This document shows, one piece after another, positions 48,628 to 57,222 of a stretch of DNA of 57,222 nucleotides. How positions within the stretch are numbered: the stretch's first letter is position 1; each line of letters begins with the position of its first letter. Under the pieces are notes generated by a model. It worked only from the letters and a program-made list of their open reading frames with translations, was not told the DNA's origin and searched no databases. Both the position numbers and the translations under genes were made by a program. The DNA comes from Syntrophomonadaceae bacterium (GTDB lineage Bacteria; Bacillota; DSM-12270; Thermacetogeniales; Thermacetogeniaceae): positions 1 through 57,222 of the forward strand of contig DUMY01000198.1 in NCBI GenBank assembly GCA_012839645.1, in the 5' to 3' direction.

Positions 48628-50128
48628 GAAGAAAGGTATTGTTTATCTGGTTGGGGCGGGTCCCGGTGATGCATCTCTTTTAACTTTGAAGGGCTTATGG
48701 TGCTTAGAACACGCAGATGTTGTTGTCTTTGACCGTCTGGCCTGCGAGTACATGTTAACCTTCTGCCGCCCTGATGCAGAACTTATTTATGTAGGAAAAG
48801 CAACAGACAAACATACCCTTACCCAGGAGGAAATTAACTCTCTCCTTGTAACAAAAGCAAGTGAAGGGAAGGTTGTCTGTCGTCTTAAGGGTGGGGACCC
48901 CTTTGTTTTTGGTCGCGGGGGTGAGGAGGCAGCATCTCTTGCGGATAAGGGTTTTCCCTTTGAAATTGTTCCTGGTGTAACCTCAGCAGTGGCGGTGCCT
49001 GCCTATGCGGGAATTCCCGTTACCCACCGTGATTATGCTTCCGCATTTAATGTGATTACTGGACACAGGCGCAGTGATACTGGTCCAGTATCACTGAAAA
49101 AAGATGGGGAAGCCACTGCCATTTATCTGATGGGATATAAAAATCTCAATGTAATTATAAGTGGTCTTCTTGATGAAGGATGGAGTGGAGAAACCCCTGC
49201 GGCAGTGATCCGTTGGGGGACCAGAGCGGACCAGCAAACAGTTGTGGGGACTTTGGCCAACATTCAAGGCCTCTCCAGGAAGGAGGATTGTGGGCCCCCG
49301 GCTGTTTTAGTGGTAGGGAATGTGGTGGCCCTCAGGGAAAAACTGCAGTGGCGAGAAAAACAGCCTCTTTTCGGTAAAAGGGTATTGATTACCCGGCCCC
49401 GGCACCAGGCCCGGGAACTGGCCCAGGAGATTATCCTCCAGGGCGGGGAACCCTTGTGTCTTCCGGCAATAGAGCTGCGGCCAGTATCTGGGTATAGTTT
49501 TGATTTTTCTCAACTTCCTTCCTATGACTGGCTTATTTTTACCAGTGCCAATGGGGTGTCCTTTTTCCTCGAACAGCTGCGAGTAAAAAAGATAGATGTG
49601 CGCTGCCTGAGGGGTAAATTGGCAGCTATTGGTCCTGCGACAGCAGCATCTCTGGAAAAGTACGGCCTGCAGGTAGATTTTATACCGGGTAAATACCATG
49701 CTGAGTCACTTCTGGAAGGGCTGCAAGAACTAATCCCTCCTGGAGGAAGGGTTTTAATTCCTCGGGCACATGGTGCCCGGGATGTTCTGCCAGAAGGTTT
49801 GATGTCCCTTGGGGTTCAAGTCGATATCCTTTCCCTCTACAGGGCTGTTCCTGCACAAAAGAGCAGGGAATGGATGTCCAGATTGATGACAGATACAGAT
49901 ATTGATTACCTGACCTTTACCAGTTCTTCAACTGTAAGGAGTTATATGTCCCTTTGTGCAAGTGAGGAGGTCAGTCCTCTTCCCAGTGAATGCCGTGTAG
50001 CCTGCATTGGACCTGTGACCGCGGCAACTGCCCGTGAGTTAGGACTGTTTGTAGATATTGTGGCAGAGGAGTATACCGGTGCAGGCCTTCTGGAAGCAAT
50101 CATTGCAGACGCGAGAGGTGAAAAATAA
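48620..50128 (+). CDS. cobA: Uroporphyrinogen-III C-methyltransferase / uroporphyrinogen-III synthase fusion (CobA-HemD)
   Basis: LVGAGPGD, RLKGGDPFVFGRGGEE; then ITRP, FTSANGV, IGPAT, FTSSSTV. Confidence 0.94.
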   Translation: MNKKKGIVYLVGAGPGDASLLTLKGLWCLEHADVVVFDRLACEYMLTFCRPDAELIYVGKATDKHTLTQEEINSLLVTKASEGKVVCRLKGGDPFVFGRGGEEAASLADKGFPFEIVPGVTSAVAVPAYAGIPVTHRDYASAFNVITGHRRSDTGPVSLKKDGEATAIYLMGYKNLNVIISGLLDEGWSGETPAAVIRWGTRADQQTVVGTLANIQGLSRKEDCGPPAVLVVGNVVALREKLQWREKQPLFGKRVLITRPRHQARELAQEIILQGGEPLCLPAIELRPVSGYSFDFSQLPSYDWLIFTSANGVSFFLEQLRVKKIDVRCLRGKLAAIGPATAASLEKYGLQVDFIPGKYHAESLLEGLQELIPPGGRVLIPRAHGARDVLPEGLMSLGVQVDILSLYRAVPAQKSREWMSRLMTDTDIDYLTFTSSSTVRSYMSLCASEEVSPLPSECRVACIGPVTAATARELGLFVDIVAEEYTGAGLLEAIIADARGEK

Positions 50129-51306
50129 TGATTGGTTTTACTAAGTTGTTGACCGGTAAGGCGACAGTGGCAGCTGCGGTTCGTGCCGCAGACTGTGGGG
50201 CGGTGCCTCCGCACCTTCTCCAGTTTTCCACTGCCAGCAGGCCCATTGTCGTCTGGAATTTAACCTTGAGATGCAATCTCCAGTGTCGCCACTGCTATCT
50301 GGAGTCTTCTCCTAGCTCTCAAAGTGAGGAATTGTCTACTGCAGATGCATTGCAGTTAATTAAAGAATTTGGTGAGATGAAAACCCCAGTGATCATCTTT
50401 TCAGGAGGAGAACCCCTGCTTCGTTCTGATCTGTGGAAACTGGCAGAGCAAGCGCGGTCACAGGGGATCAGGACAGCCCTTTCTACAAATGGAATTTTAA
50501 TTACTCCTGATGTAGCTAGGAAATTGAACTCCTGTGGATTTTCCTATGTTGGGGTAAGTATTGATGGGGGCCCATCGGTTCACGATACCTTTCGTGGGGT
50601 ATCTGGAGCTTTTGAAAAAACCCTCAATGGTCTTCGTAATGCGAAAGAAGTGGGGCTGAAAACCGGAATACGTTTTACAGTCAATAAAAACAACCTCCAG
50701 GATATTCCTTATGTTTTTGATCTCGTCAAAAATGAAAAGATACCCCGTTTTTGTCTATATCACCTGGTTTACGCCGGGCGTGGCCGGGATCTCACTTCTA
50801 TAGATCTCACAATCCAGGAAAAAAGAGAAATGGTGGATTACCTGATTTGCAAAGCAATTGATTTCCACAGAGAAGGAGTAGAGGTAGAGATATTGACAAC
50901 AGATCACCACGCGGATGGAATCTATCTCTACCGCTGGGTCAAGGAAAATCTTCCGGAGCGCGCCCAAGAGGTGGAACAGCTGCTGGAATTCCACGGTGGT
51001 TGTTCTGCTGGAGTCAAAATAGCCAATATCGACCCGCAAGGGTATGTTTATCCCTGCCAGTTCTGGAGGTCAAGTTCACTGGGCAAGTTCCCGGAGCGGT
51101 CCTTTCGTGAGATCTGGTACGATGAAAATAATCAACTGTTGAAGGCCCTACGGAATAAGCAGGCACATTTGAAAGGCAAGTGTGGTGAGTGCAAGTATAA
51201 CTCCTTATGCGGAGGCTGCCGCATCAGGGCTGAAGCGGTAAAAGGTGATATTTGGGAAGAGGACCCGGTTTGCTACCTGACAAATGATGAAATAATGATG
51301 AAATAA
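50128..51306 (+). CDS. ahbC: Radical SAM Fe-coproporphyrin III synthase (AhbC/NirJ1-type)
   Basis: WNLTLRCNLQCRHCY, YVGVSIDG, RFCLYHLVYAGRG, D.HADG, SPASM Cys motif. Confidence 0.88.
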   Translation: MIGFTKLLTGKATVAAAVRAADCGAVPPHLLQFSTASRPIVVWNLTLRCNLQCRHCYLESSPSSQSEELSTADALQLIKEFGEMKTPVIIFSGGEPLLRSDLWKLAEQARSQGIRTALSTNGILITPDVARKLNSCGFSYVGVSIDGGPSVHDTFRGVSGAFEKTLNGLRNAKEVGLKTGIRFTVNKNNLQDIPYVFDLVKNEKIPRFCLYHLVYAGRGRDLTSIDLTIQEKREMVDYLICKAIDFHREGVEVEILTTDHHADGIYLYRWVKENLPERAQEVEQLLEFHGGCSAGVKIANIDPQGYVYPCQFWRSSSLGKFPERSFREIWYDENNQLLKALRNKQAHLKGKCGECKYNSLCGGCRIRAEAVKGDIWEEDPVCYLTNDEIMMK

Positions 51307-51322
51307 TGTGACATTTTCTCTT

Positions 51323-51337
51323 AGGTGACTGTCACCT
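51323..51337. repeat. Perfect palindrome AGGTGAC-T-GTCACCT
   Basis: Intergenic between ahbC and hemB. Confidence 0.55.
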
Positions 51338-51363
51338 GTAAATATAAGGAGGCGGATTGAGCA

Positions 51364-52341
51364 ATGAATTACCTACAACTGCGCCTGCGGCGCAGGAGGA
51401 GCACTACTGCTATCAGGGAACTTCTCCAGGAAACAAGAATTCATATTGAGGATCTGATCTATCCGCTTTTTGTGTGCGCGGGTAACAACTGCCGCGAACC
51501 TGTAGAGGCTATGCCGGGGGTATTTCGGCTGTCAGTGGATCTGCTTTTGGAAGAGGTGGCAAGAGCCCGGAAAGAGGGTATTCTTGCTGTACTGCTTTTT
51601 GGGGTCACTGAGAGCAAGGATGAACTGGCAACAGCTGCATATGACGACAAGGGTATTGTCCAGAATGCAGTGCGTCTATTGAAGGAGCATTTTCCGGAGT
51701 TGGTGGTGATCACCGATGTCTGCCTCTGTGGCTATACCAGCCATGGGCACTGTGGTGTGGTTAAAAATGGCGTCATCGTCAACGATGAAACCCTCCACCT
51801 GTTAGCGCGGACAGCTCTTTCCCATGCTCAAGCGGGTGCGGATGTGGTTGCGCCATCTGATATGATGGATGGCAGGGTAAGGGCGATTAGGGAACAACTC
51901 GATGAAGAAGGGTTTTCCCATGTAGGTATTTTGTCTTATGCAGCCAAATTTGCTTCTGCCTTCTATGGTCCTTTCAGAGAAGCGGCAGGGTCTGCTCCAT
52001 CATTCGGGGACCGGCGCTCTTATCAGATGAACCCGGCTAACCGCAGGGAAGCCATGGAAGAGGTTTTGCTTGATATGAAGGAGGGGGCTGACCTGGTGAT
52101 GATCAAGCCGGCATTGGCTTATCTGGATATTATCCGTGAGGTTAGGGAGCGTGTCCTCTGTCCCTTGGCTGCTTACAATGTCAGCGGGGAATATGCCATG
52201 ATCAAAGCAGCGGCAGCTCAAGGATGGATTGATGAAAAATTGGTCGTTATGGAAACCATGACCGCGATCAAAAGGGCTGGTGCAGACCTGATCATTACCT
52301 ATCATGCCAGGGATGTTGCCCGTTGGCTACAGGAGGAGTGA
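51364..52341 (+). CDS. hemB: Porphobilinogen synthase (Zn-type)
   Basis: DVCLCGYTSHGHCG, PSDMMDGRV, FYGPFREA, IKPALAYLD, YNVSGEY. Confidence 0.96.
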   Translation: MNYLQLRLRRRRSTTAIRELLQETRIHIEDLIYPLFVCAGNNCREPVEAMPGVFRLSVDLLLEEVARARKEGILAVLLFGVTESKDELATAAYDDKGIVQNAVRLLKEHFPELVVITDVCLCGYTSHGHCGVVKNGVIVNDETLHLLARTALSHAQAGADVVAPSDMMDGRVRAIREQLDEEGFSHVGILSYAAKFASAFYGPFREAAGSAPSFGDRRSYQMNPANRREAMEEVLLDMKEGADLVMIKPALAYLDIIREVRERVLCPLAAYNVSGEYAMIKAAAAQGWIDEKLVVMETMTAIKRAGADLIITYHARDVARWLQEE

Positions 52342-52344
52342 GAG

Positions 52345-53844
52345 ATGCTTGTTTCATGGAATACCACCAATGCCTGTAATTTAAAGTGTCCCCACTGCTA
52401 CCGGGATGCCGGGAGGGAAGCACCACAGGAACTGTCAACCACTGAGGGATACAGGCTCCTTGAGGAAGTCAAGAAAGCTGGTTTTAAGATTGTTGTTTTC
52501 AGCGGTGGGGAGCCAGCCCTGCGCTCGGATCTCTGTGATCTGATTGCTCGGGCAAAATCCTTAGGGCTGCGACCTGTCCTGGGAACCAATGGGACCCTTC
52601 TTACACAGGAGAAGGTACAGCAGCTCAAGGAAGCAGGAGCAGCAGCGGTAGGGATCAGTGTTGACAGTATTGATCCTAAGATGCATGATCACTTCCGGGG
52701 TGTCACAGGAGCCTGGGAGGCGACACGTCAGGGGATCATCAACTGCTGGGAGGGAGGACTTCCTTTCCAGATCCATACCACGGTTTTTCCCTGGAATTAT
52801 TCAGATATTGAAAAAATAACGGATTTCGCCCTCCAGACAGGAGCCCGGGGTCACCATGTTTTCTTTTTTGTTCCCACTGGGAGAGGTAAAAAAAATATCG
52901 AAGAAACTATTACAGAGGAACAGATGGAAAGCCTGCTGGTGCGCCTGATCTCCCTCCAAGAGCGGCTGCCCTTGGAGATCAAACCCACCTGTGCCCCGCA
53001 GTTCATGAGAATTGCGCGACAATTGAAGGTACCTAACCGCTTTAGCAGGGGATGCTTGGCGGGTATTTCCTACTGTATCATTGGTCCCCAGGGTGATGTC
53101 TATCCATGTCCTTATATGGATCTGAAAATCGGCAGTGTGCGAGAAAAACCATTTTCTGAAATCTGGAGTAAACACCCGGTTTTGTTGAAACTACGTACAC
53201 AGAAATATGGAGGCTACTGCAGTGTTTGTAAGTTTCGGGCTGTTTGTGGCGGTTGCCGAGCGCGAGCCTTCGCCAGCAGTCAGGGAAACTTCATGGACGG
53301 GGACCCCAACTGTCTCTATGGTTGCGAAGAGGAAAAGAAAATGTATCCTGTTGCTGTAGAATTGCTCCTTCGCCTGCAGGAGGGACTGCCTGTGGTCAGC
53401 AAGCCCTACGCCATTATCGCTGAAGAACTGGGCATTTCCGAGCAGGAGATTTTCAAAACTCTGCGGTGGCTGAAGTCAAATGGTCTTATTCGCCGCCTGG
53501 GTGGAATCTTTGATTCCCGGCGACTCGGTTATGCAAGCACACTTTGTGCTGCCAGGGTTCCCCAAGAGCAGCTGCAAAGAGTGGTAGAAATTATTAATGC
53601 ATACAAAGGTGTTACCCACAACTATTTAAGGGAACACCATTATAACCTTTGGTTTACTGTAACAGCTTCCTCTCAGAGGGAACTGGAAAAGGTAGTGGCA
53701 GAGATTCAGCAGCGTACTGCACTGAAGGAATTTTACAGCCTTCCTTCCCAGGATCTTTTTAAGATCGCTGTTAAATTTTCTAGAGAGGAGCTGACCAGTG
53801 TTTTCCAGAAAAGAAGAAGCTGTACTGAAAGCCTTACAGAATGA
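52345..53844 (+). CDS. ahbD: Fusion of heme b synthase AhbD (radical SAM, NirJ2-type) and siroheme decarboxylase AhbA
   Basis: MLVSWNTTNACNLKCPHCYRDA, KPTCAPQFMR, GCLAG, CGGCRARA; then LQEGLPVVSKPY...IRRLGGIFDSRRLGY.STLCAA...VTHNYLR...NLWFT. Confidence 0.88.
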   Translation: MLVSWNTTNACNLKCPHCYRDAGREAPQELSTTEGYRLLEEVKKAGFKIVVFSGGEPALRSDLCDLIARAKSLGLRPVLGTNGTLLTQEKVQQLKEAGAAAVGISVDSIDPKMHDHFRGVTGAWEATRQGIINCWEGGLPFQIHTTVFPWNYSDIEKITDFALQTGARGHHVFFFVPTGRGKKNIEETITEEQMESLLVRLISLQERLPLEIKPTCAPQFMRIARQLKVPNRFSRGCLAGISYCIIGPQGDVYPCPYMDLKIGSVREKPFSEIWSKHPVLLKLRTQKYGGYCSVCKFRAVCGGCRARAFASSQGNFMDGDPNCLYGCEEEKKMYPVAVELLLRLQEGLPVVSKPYAIIAEELGISEQEIFKTLRWLKSNGLIRRLGGIFDSRRLGYASTLCAARVPQEQLQRVVEIINAYKGVTHNYLREHHYNLWFTVTASSQRELEKVVAEIQQRTALKEFYSLPSQDLFKIAVKFSREELTSVFQKRRSCTESLTE

Positions 53845-54265
53845 CCTTCCCCTGGACAGCAGGCCATTTAATACCATTGGGCAGCAAATTGGCCTCAAAG
53901 AGGAGGATGTGATCTCAACAATCAACTCTTTGCTGAAAAGAGGTGTGATCAGGAGAGTGGGAGCTTCCCTAGGGCACCGTGCCTTGGGTTTTGCAGCTAA
54001 TGCCATGATCATGTGGGCTGTGCCTGTGGAACAGATTCAGGAGATGGGGAGGAAATTGAGTTCTTTCCCAGAAGTAACACATTGTTATCATCGTCAAGTG
54101 CCGCTGGGCTGGGCTCACAACATTTTTACCATGGTGCATGCCCCGTCAAAGGAAAAGTGTCTGGAAAAGATCAAAAATATTTCTCTGGAAACTGGTCTTG
54201 ATGATTACCAGATACTGTTCAGCACAAGTGAATTTAAAAAGACCAGTATAGTTTATGATTTATAA
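53798..54265 (+). CDS. ahbB: Siroheme decarboxylase subunit AhbB (Lrp/AsnC-like)
   Basis: LQNDLPL..RPF, IRRVGA.L.HR.LGF.ANAM, VTHCY.R, FTMVH, EFKKTS. Confidence 0.9.
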   Translation: MFSRKEEAVLKALQNDLPLDSRPFNTIGQQIGLKEEDVISTINSLLKRGVIRRVGASLGHRALGFAANAMIMWAVPVEQIQEMGRKLSSFPEVTHCYHRQVPLGWAHNIFTMVHAPSKEKCLEKIKNISLETGLDDYQILFSTSEFKKTSIVYDL

Positions 54266-54294
54266 AAGTCCTTACAGCAGGAGGTATCACTTGT

Positions 54295-55587
54295 ATGACA
54301 TCTAAGACTAACTCAAAGGTTTTGTTTCAGAATGCCTGCCGGTATATGCCAGGGGGTGTTAACAGTCCAGTTAGGGCTTTCCAGGCAGTAGGAGGGGATC
54401 CTTTGTTTCTCTCCAAGGGAAATGGTTCTCGTGTATATGATGTAGACGGCAACGAGTATATAGATTATGTCTGCTCATGGGGGCCCCTGATTTTAGGTCA
54501 CCTCCATCCTGATGTTGCAGCTTCACTCAGAAAGGTACTCGATGAAGGAACAAGTTACGGTGCTCCGACAGAACGAGAAATAACACTCACATCTCATATT
54601 GTTGATGCCCTTCCCTCTATAGAGAAAGTGCGCCTGGTCAATTCCGGTACAGAGGCTACTATGAGCGCTGTCCGTGTAGCGCGTGCCTTTACGGGACGCA
54701 AAAAAATTGTCAAGTTTGCAGGGTGCTACCATGGACACGCGGATGGTTTTTTGGTACAAGCGGGTTCAGGTGCACTCACTATGGGAGTGCCTTCCAGTCC
54801 TGGGGTGCCGGAGGAGATCGGGAACCTGACCGTGGTGCTGCCTTATAATGATACGGCTGCTGTACACAGAGCTTTTCAGAAGGAGGGGGACCAGATTGCC
54901 GCGGTCATTGTGGAGCCTGTTGCTGCCAACATGGGAATAGTACCGCCACAGCCCGGATTTCTGGAAACGCTGCGAGAGGTGACCGCAAAGGCATCGAGCC
55001 TCTTGATTTTTGATGAGGTAATCACCGGTTTTCGCCTGGCATACAGCGGTGCCCAGGGCTTTTATGGAATTGAACCCGATCTGACGTGCCTTGGTAAAAT
55101 TATCGGGGGTGGGTTACCTGTGGGAGCCTATGGTGGCAGGCAAGAGATCATGGACCTGGTGGCACCGGAGGGCCCTGTATATCAAGCAGGAACACTTTCG
55201 GGTAATCCCCTCGCTGTCCAGGCGGGAATAACTACCCTACAGCACCTTGCTGCAGGGAACCCTGACCTTTACAGAGAGCTTGAAAAGAGAGCTGTGCACC
55301 TGGAGACAGAACTCCTAGAGGCAGCAGAGGATGCAGGGATTCCTCTACAGGTAAACCGGGTGGGGTCGTTGCTTTCACTGTTCTTTACCAGTTCAGATGT
55401 TACTAATCTAGAGGAAGCGTTAACTGCTGACCAGGAACTTTATAAAAAATTTTTTACAAAAATGTTGGAAGAGGGAATCTATCTACCCCCTTCTCAATTT
55501 GAGGCACTTTTTCTTTCTATAGCTCATACGGAAGGGGATATTGAGCAAACAATTCGTTCTACTCGTAATATTTTCAACAAGTTCTAA
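54295..55587 (+). CDS. hemL: Glutamate-1-semialdehyde 2,1-aminomutase
   Basis: [51 protein letters not shown]. Confidence 0.97.
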   Translation: MTSKTNSKVLFQNACRYMPGGVNSPVRAFQAVGGDPLFLSKGNGSRVYDVDGNEYIDYVCSWGPLILGHLHPDVAASLRKVLDEGTSYGAPTEREITLTSHIVDALPSIEKVRLVNSGTEATMSAVRVARAFTGRKKIVKFAGCYHGHADGFLVQAGSGALTMGVPSSPGVPEEIGNLTVVLPYNDTAAVHRAFQKEGDQIAAVIVEPVAANMGIVPPQPGFLETLREVTAKASSLLIFDEVITGFRLAYSGAQGFYGIEPDLTCLGKIIGGGLPVGAYGGRQEIMDLVAPEGPVYQAGTLSGNPLAVQAGITTLQHLAAGNPDLYRELEKRAVHLETELLEAAEDAGIPLQVNRVGSLLSLFFTSSDVTNLEEALTADQELYKKFFTKMLEEGIYLPPSQFEALFLSIAHTEGDIEQTIRSTRNIFNKF

Positions 55588-55599
55588 AGGATAAAAACA

Positions 55600-56370
55600 A
55601 TGGAATACGAAATGTTTATTAAAGCAATCGGGGAATATATAGAGATTGATTTGACCAAGTACAAGCGCCCCCAGATGGAGCGCCGTATCAATTCCTTGAT
55701 GTGCTCCCAAGGTTTTTCCAATTACCAAGAATATCTTAATAATATCAAGAAAGATGACAGCTGCCTGAGTAAGTTTTTAGACCACTTGACGATCAATGTC
55801 AGCGAGTTTTATAGGAACCCATCCCAGTGGGAGATATTAAAACAACTTATTCTTCCTCAAATTGTTGAGGTAAACCCATCACCTAGGTTCTGGAGTGCGG
55901 GTTGTGCAACAGGTGAGGAACCTTATTCACTTGCCATGCTTATACGAGAGTCGTCAGCAGCTATTAAACCGCTGATTTTAGCTACAGATATTGATGAGCA
56001 GGTTTTAATAAAAGCAGTAAACGGAGTTTATACAGAGCGCTCTGTAGCTAATGTTTCACCGGCAATTTTAACAGAATATTTTGAAAAAAAAGAAGATAAA
56101 TATCATATTAAAGAAGAAATAAAAAAAATGATTAAATTTAGAACCCATGATCTTCTCAAAGACACTTATCATTGTAATTTTGACCTTATTCTCTGCCGAA
56201 ATGTTCTCATTTATTTTACAGGGGATACTAGAAAGATGCTTTATAAGCGTTTTCATGATGCTCTGAGGCCAGGAGGCATACTGTTTACGGGCAGCACAGA
56301 GCAAATATTTAAGGCCTCCCAAATCGGAATGGAGGCCATAGCATCTTTTTTTTATAAAAGAGTATCCTGA
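55600..56370 (+). CDS. cheR: CheR-family protein-glutamate O-methyltransferase
   Basis: TINVSEFYR, WSAGCATGEEPYS, ATDID, FDLILCRNVLIYF. Confidence 0.93.
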   Translation: MEYEMFIKAIGEYIEIDLTKYKRPQMERRINSLMCSQGFSNYQEYLNNIKKDDSCLSKFLDHLTINVSEFYRNPSQWEILKQLILPQIVEVNPSPRFWSAGCATGEEPYSLAMLIRESSAAIKPLILATDIDEQVLIKAVNGVYTERSVANVSPAILTEYFEKKEDKYHIKEEIKKMIKFRTHDLLKDTYHCNFDLILCRNVLIYFTGDTRKMLYKRFHDALRPGGILFTGSTEQIFKASQIGMEAIASFFYKRVS

Positions 56371-56819
56371 GTTAGATTTTTCCTTTGATTTCCTTTAATC
56401 AAGTAGGCTTTTGTTTCCTGTATTCCGAACAACAGAGCCTGGGTGTGATCATCCATATAAATGTCAATGCGGTTTCCTTTAATGGCTCCTCCAGTGTCTT
56501 CTGCTATAAATGTACCCAACCCTTCCAGGTGAACTTCACTGCCCATAGGAATCACATTAGGATCAACTGCGATTGTTTGTTTTTCTTTGGCTCGGGTACC
56601 ACTGCTTGTGATTCCATCACTTTTACCGCAGCAAATTGGGCAGGGACAGTAAGCTGTGATTGTCACTGTCAGGGTTGTTTTTTCACTTTCAACCCAGGCA
56701 AATGCATCTGCTTCATCGATGGCAAACTCCTGAGGCGGCGTTGATGACCATGCCGCCGACGGTAAAGCTCAAACCAAGATGAGAACAGCCAAGACAAAAG
56801 CCTGTTTGAGTTTTTGCAT
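56352..56819 (-). pseudogene. Secreted 3D-domain (peptidoglycan-active) protein interrupted by an in-frame TGA in the signal peptide
   Basis: SD AAGGAGGT, MQKLKQAFVLAVLILV*ALPSAAWS... in frame with ITAY, GITSSG, IAVDP.VIP.GS, AEDTGGAIKGNRIDIY. Confidence 0.75.
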
Positions 56820-56989
56820 AATGGAAAGATAAACCTCCTTACAGACAACTTTATTTGTTAATAAAGTATGCGCAGAGAAGTGCCAAATTATCATGACAAT
56901 ATATAACATTTATTTTTATTTTTTTATTATTTTTTTTGGAAGTAACCTTGCTCCTAGTCAACAAATATATAATACAAGCAAAGTCAGGC

Positions 56990-57097
56990 AGTCCATCATC
57001 AAAGCTGATCACGCTTGTTAATGGAAAGGAAGCACAAGTTACAACTTCTCTACAGCATGGTGATCAAATAGAAGTACTACTAGTCACCAACGACTAA
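56990..57097 (+). pseudogene. Gene fragment with a beta-grasp (ThiS/MoaD-like) C-terminus
   Basis: SKLITLVNGKEAQVTTSLQHGDQIEVL*; no SD or convincing start, no terminal GG. Confidence 0.35.
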
Positions 57098-57104
57098 ATG
57101 TTTC

Positions 57105-57133
57105 TTGACAGGTTAAAGCAAACATGTTATCTT
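57105..57133 (+). promoter_or_regulatory. Sigma-A promoter for tRNA-Leu
   Basis: TTGACA-17 nt-TATCTT with extended TG. Confidence 0.65.
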
Positions 57134-57149
57134 TTAATACGTGCAATAC

Positions 57150-57222
57150 GCGGCTGTGGCGGAATTGGCAGACGCGCTAGACTCAGGCTCTAGTGGGTAT
57201 TGCACCCATGGAGGTTCAAATC
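57150..57222 (+). tRNA. tRNA-Leu(CAG), truncated by the window end
   Basis: GCGGCTG-TGGCGGAATTGGCAGACGCG, anticodon arm CTAGA-CTCAGGC-TCTAG, long variable arm, GTTCAAATC. Confidence 0.92.

Noticed and set aside
56385-56744. Plus-strand 119-aa ORF or c-di-GMP riboswitch (GGCAAA motifs)
   Set aside because: Antisense to the 3D-domain gene; riboswitch stems are absent

Overview
Core-chromosome window (about 45% GC by eye, almost all genes on +) from an endospore-forming anaerobic Firmicute. Gene content suggests the Thermacetogenium/Syntrophaceticus group of syntrophic acetate oxidisers (inference). Order: MCP remnant, rluB, corrinoid uptake btuFCD-cobO, two hypotheticals, HutP-family gene, aroH, an unlisted 59-aa ferredoxin, aroF-tyrA-aroA, cmk-plsC, an ispH-rpsA fusion, zinc ribbon-mobA, sporulation cluster (YhcN, DUF1614, spoIIP, YIEGIA pair, DUF3189), DUF512-der-plsY, spoIVA, hom-thrC-thrB-lysC, tRNA-Pro, GT4 plus a large membrane protein, speD, then about 21 kb of respiratory genes (hdrCB, prenyl synthase/UbiD, tatC, selenocysteine formate dehydrogenase fdnGHI-fdhE, siroheme-route heme b biosynthesis with an AhbD-AhbA fusion), cheR, a UGA-interrupted 3D-domain gene and a truncated tRNA-Leu. 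No transposase, integrase, phage or CRISPR array was seen. Best candidate for an undescribed system: the aroF leader, which has periodic GG(C/T)AG repeats and two mutually exclusive helices (one burying the SD), close to a HutP-family gene that lacks the histidine-sensing His ligands. This suggests a HutP-type protein/RNA switch for aromatic amino acid synthesis. Second: ispH-rpsA appears to need an AUU/AUA start and also has an internal SD+AUG for free S1. All product calls are from motif recognition; no searches were run.
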